Part shown: positions 29,798 through 32,000 of the stretch, in pieces | Numbering within the stretch: position 1 is the first letter of the stretch | How the letters are laid out: each line of letters starts with the position of its first letter | Assembly: GCA_035193785.1 (NCBI GenBank) | Contig: CP136572.1 | Span: 2,000,627-2,032,626 of the forward strand | DNA: 32,000 bases | Reading direction: 5' to 3' | Origin: Planktothrix sp. GU0601_MAG3 | Lineage (GTDB): Bacteria > Cyanobacteriota > Cyanobacteriia > Cyanobacteriales > Microcoleaceae | The notes under the pieces: model-generated | The model's database searches: none | Seen by the model: the letters and a program-made list of their open reading frames with translations, nothing else | What the model was told of the DNA's origin: nothing | Position numbers and translations under genes: made by a program

Positions 29798-29899
29798 CCC
29801 CTTTGGCAAAAGTTTTTTTTGATCCTCCGATCCGGCTTGTTCACGGGGTTTGGCGGAGCAAACAGGCCAAGGAAACCAGGTTTCTGAGGTTAAAATACT

Positions 29900-29936
29900 A
29901 AAGCCCTCTCCCGATTTATCACTGGAAGAAGGCTTT
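29900..29936 (-). terminator. Hairpin terminator after 5S copy 2
   Basis: Identical to the copy 1 terminator, shifted by the 373-bp repeat period. Confidence 0.5.
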
Positions 29937-29948
29937 AGTTTGATATTA

Positions 29949-30066
29949 ACCTGGCACCGAGCTATTTTCCCAGACGGCTACCCGCCAAGTATCTTCGCCG
30001 TATCAGCGTTTCACTTCCGAGTTCGAGATGGATCGGAGTGGTTCCACTGAGCCATAGGCACCAGGA
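29949..30066 (-). rRNA. rrf: 5S ribosomal RNA (copy 2)
   Basis: Same sequence as copy 1, offset by 373 bp. The track ORF 29850..30050 is antisense to it and spurious. Confidence 0.9.
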
Positions 30067-30141
30067 AAGCTCTGTAAACTTTTCTGGGTTTTGAGGATTT
30101 AGCGTTTTTGTGTTTCGCCTGTTTTCCTCTCACAATTTACT

Positions 30142-30170
30142 AATCTACTTTATTTCTCTAGGAATGTCAA
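30142..30170 (-). promoter_or_regulatory. Sigma70-type promoter for 5S copy 2
   Basis: On the minus strand: TTGACA (30170..30165), a 17-nt spacer, then TAGATT (30147..30142). Confidence 0.5.
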
Positions 30171-30242
30171 CCCCTTTTCCAAAAAAGTTTTTTTCGCCCC
30201 TACCTGAGCTACAACAGAAGACAGAAACCTATTCAGGGAACC

Positions 30243-31004
30243 ATGATTCAGTTTAACGTACCCCAGCCTCCCAGCTTTGAACGAGTCGAAGATGAACGTC
30301 TGCATCGTCAGCAACGGTTAGCCGCCGCCTTTCGGTTATTTGCCCATTATGGTTTTGATGAAGGAGTTGCGGGTCACATCACCGCCCGTGATCCCGAATT
30401 TCCTGACCATTTTTGGGTTAACCCCTTTGGAATGTATTTTGGCCAGATTCGGGTATCGGATTTATTGTTGGTAAACCATCAAGGGGAAGTTGTCAAAGGG
30501 AATAAACCCGTAAATGCAGCCGCATTTGCCATTCATTCCCAAATCCATCAAGCGCGTCCTGACGTGGTGGCGGCGGCCCATGCCCACTCATTATATGGCA
30601 AAACCTGGGCTTCTTTAGGAAGATTACTTGATCCTGTGACTCAAGATGCTTGTTCTTTTTATCAGGATCATGTTTTATTTGATGATTATACCGGAGTTGT
30701 TTTAGACCCGAATGAAGGCGAACGAATAGCTAATACTTTGGGGAATAAAAAAGCAGCTATTTTGCGAAATCATGGATTATTAACCGTTGGTCATTCGGTC
30801 GATGAAGCAGCCTGGTGGTTTATTACAATGGAACGCTCTTGTCAGGTACAATTAATGGCGGAAGCTGCCGGAAAAACAGTATTAATTAATCCTGAAATCG
30901 CTAATTTAACCCTGAGTCAAGTTGGTAGCCATTATATGGGATGGTTTAGTTTTCAATCGTTATATGACAAAATTGTCGCAGCAGAACCGGGTTTATTAGA
31001 ATAA
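30243..31004 (+). CDS. Class II aldolase/adducin-domain protein
   Basis: 253 aa with the motifs GVAGHITARDP, AFAIHSQIH, AAAHAHSLYG and LRNHGLLTVGHSVDEA, typical of the class II aldolase/adducin fold. Confidence 0.85.
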   Translation: MIQFNVPQPPSFERVEDERLHRQQRLAAAFRLFAHYGFDEGVAGHITARDPEFPDHFWVNPFGMYFGQIRVSDLLLVNHQGEVVKGNKPVNAAAFAIHSQIHQARPDVVAAAHAHSLYGKTWASLGRLLDPVTQDACSFYQDHVLFDDYTGVVLDPNEGERIANTLGNKKAAILRNHGLLTVGHSVDEAAWWFITMERSCQVQLMAEAAGKTVLINPEIANLTLSQVGSHYMGWFSFQSLYDKIVAAEPGLLE

Positions 31005-31028
31005 TATTCTGATTCAGGAGATTTAATC

Positions 31029-31559
31029 ATGCCAATTGATTTACCTTGGGCTTTAGCATTTGTGATTATTGCCGGACTGATTCCTGGATTAAAAACAATT
31101 AACTATGATCCGAATTCTCTCCCCGCCAATTTATCACAACGTCCGACATCTGAAACCACCTCTAACAATGCAGACTTAATATTTAGTGATGTTAAGTTAG
31201 TGACCATGGGAGAAGGTACGGCGGTGCGTTATTTTATTGAGGGTAAAGTTAAAAATACCAGTTCAACACCGATGCAATCACCAAAAGTTATTTATCGAGA
31301 ATATCAACAACAAAATGATCAGTTAGTAGAACTAGAAACCCTAGAAGCTAAGGTTAATCCAACGGAACTAAAACCGGGAAAAACTGGAATATTTGGTCGC
31401 CGGGTAAACAGTCCATCGGAAGTAATTTTAATTGAGAGTTTGGTTTCTTTGGATCGAGAAAAAATTGAAGTTAATGAATGTTATGCTGATAATTTAGAAC
31501 GGCGAGAGATCTGTCGCAGACAATTGAATCCGCGAGGGGTTTATTCTTTATTAAAATGA
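31029..31559 (+). CDS. Hypothetical protein with an N-terminal membrane anchor
   Basis: 176-aa ORF with the N-terminal hydrophobic helix LPWALAFVIIAGLIPGL. No motif was recognised. Confidence 0.55.
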   Translation: MPIDLPWALAFVIIAGLIPGLKTINYDPNSLPANLSQRPTSETTSNNADLIFSDVKLVTMGEGTAVRYFIEGKVKNTSSTPMQSPKVIYREYQQQNDQLVELETLEAKVNPTELKPGKTGIFGRRVNSPSEVILIESLVSLDREKIEVNECYADNLERREICRRQLNPRGVYSLLK

Positions 31560-31602
31560 TTCTGAGGACTAAAAAATCAGCGAAGATCAACCTATTTCCA
31601 AC

Positions 31603-32000
31603 GTGGAGATCGAAAAATCCTATAAAATCTTAGACCTAGAACCCGGGGTAAGCTTAGAGGAAGTCAGACAAGCCTATCGCCATCTAGCATTGATCTGGCA
31701 TCCCGATCGCTATCCCCAAAATTCTCCCATACAAATCCAAGCCGAAGCCAAATTCAAAGAAATCAGCCACGCCTACGAAACCCTAAAAACCCATTTAAGT
31801 CACCCTCCCCTCCCTCCCTCCCCCACCTCCCCTCCCTCCCCTCCCTCCCCTACTCCCCCTGCTCCCCCTGCTCCCTCCGCCCCCCCTGCCCCCCCTACTC
31901 CCCCTACTCCCCCTACCCCAACTATCCCCCTAGGTTGGCTAACGGGGGTGTTTATTTGCTATAGCCTGATTGCTTGGATTTTAACGACTTTGGGGATTCC
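31603..32000 (+). CDS. J-domain (DnaJ-like) protein with a Pro-rich linker and C-terminal TM segment (partial; runs off the window)
   Basis: YKILDLEPGVSLEEVRQAYRHLALIWHPDRYP...KFKEISHAYETLK carries the HPD motif. It is followed by PPLPPSPTSPPSPPSPTPPAPPAPSAPPAPPTPPTPPTP and then a hydrophobic stretch. The start is assigned to the GTG at 31603 (no in-frame ATG); this is uncertain. Confidence 0.65.
   Translation, partial: MEIEKSYKILDLEPGVSLEEVRQAYRHLALIWHPDRYPQNSPIQIQAEAKFKEISHAYETLKTHLSHPPLPPSPTSPPSPPSPTPPAPPAPSAPPAPPTPPTPPTPTIPLGWLTGVFICYSLIAWILTTLGI

Noticed and set aside
29850-30050. 66-aa ORF from the six-frame track
   Set aside because: It lies antisense across 5S rRNA copy 2 and its terminator. 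The identical sequence in copy 1 has no equivalent start context. It is spurious.
29405-30242. Possibility that the 5S genes are the tail of a normal rrn operon
   Set aside because: The sequence upstream of both copies on the minus strand is a short promoter-bearing spacer followed by a protein-coding gene on the opposite strand. No 23S-like sequence is present anywhere in the window.
31556-31633. ATG at 31556 (overlapping the previous stop as ATGA) as the start of the J-domain protein
   Set aside because: That frame terminates after 25 codons. It is offset by -1 (not +1) from the J-domain frame, and no GAAAC/GTTTC site lies between them. The GTG at 31603 was used instead, with low certainty.
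1-32000. tRNA, tmRNA, RNase P and riboswitch candidates in intergenic regions
   Set aside because: By eye I found no cloverleaf-compatible sequence or conserved riboswitch core. This negative result should be confirmed with tRNAscan-SE or Infernal.

Overview
The window looks like chromosomal DNA from a low-GC filamentous cyanobacterium. Evidence: many HIP1 octamers (GCGATCGC), heptamer STRR-like arrays (CAGTTAT / GGGAATA), a fraC/D/E-like membrane operon, and cyanobacterial-type 5S rRNA. It is mostly housekeeping and signalling genes: larE-like, a CHASE3 chemoreceptor, a CocE/NonD hydrolase, a phosphoketolase-family enzyme, a P450, dnaN, a GNAT, an M16 peptidase, nadC and a class II aldolase. 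Five things stand out. (1) A four-gene envelope cluster: CHASE2 cyclase, DUF928, TPR-CHAT caspase-like protease and a FecR-like protein. It is split by a small GIY-YIG nuclease gene, which is bracketed by an 8-copy 61-bp tandem array on one side and inverted copies of the same motif on the other. (2) A solo IS200/IS605-type tnpB element. (3) Two tandem orphan 5S rRNA genes, each with its own promoter and terminator and no 16S/23S nearby. (4) A dispersed GAAACCNGGTTTC palindrome family. (5) The most pervasive signal: at least 13 single-base +1 frameshifts in 11 genes, including essential dnaN. Every one of these maps to a GAAAC/GTTTC pentamer and is repaired by removing one A/T. This points to a context-specific artefact or DNA-level hotspot rather than real pseudogenes. 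Split ORF pairs are therefore reported as single genes.
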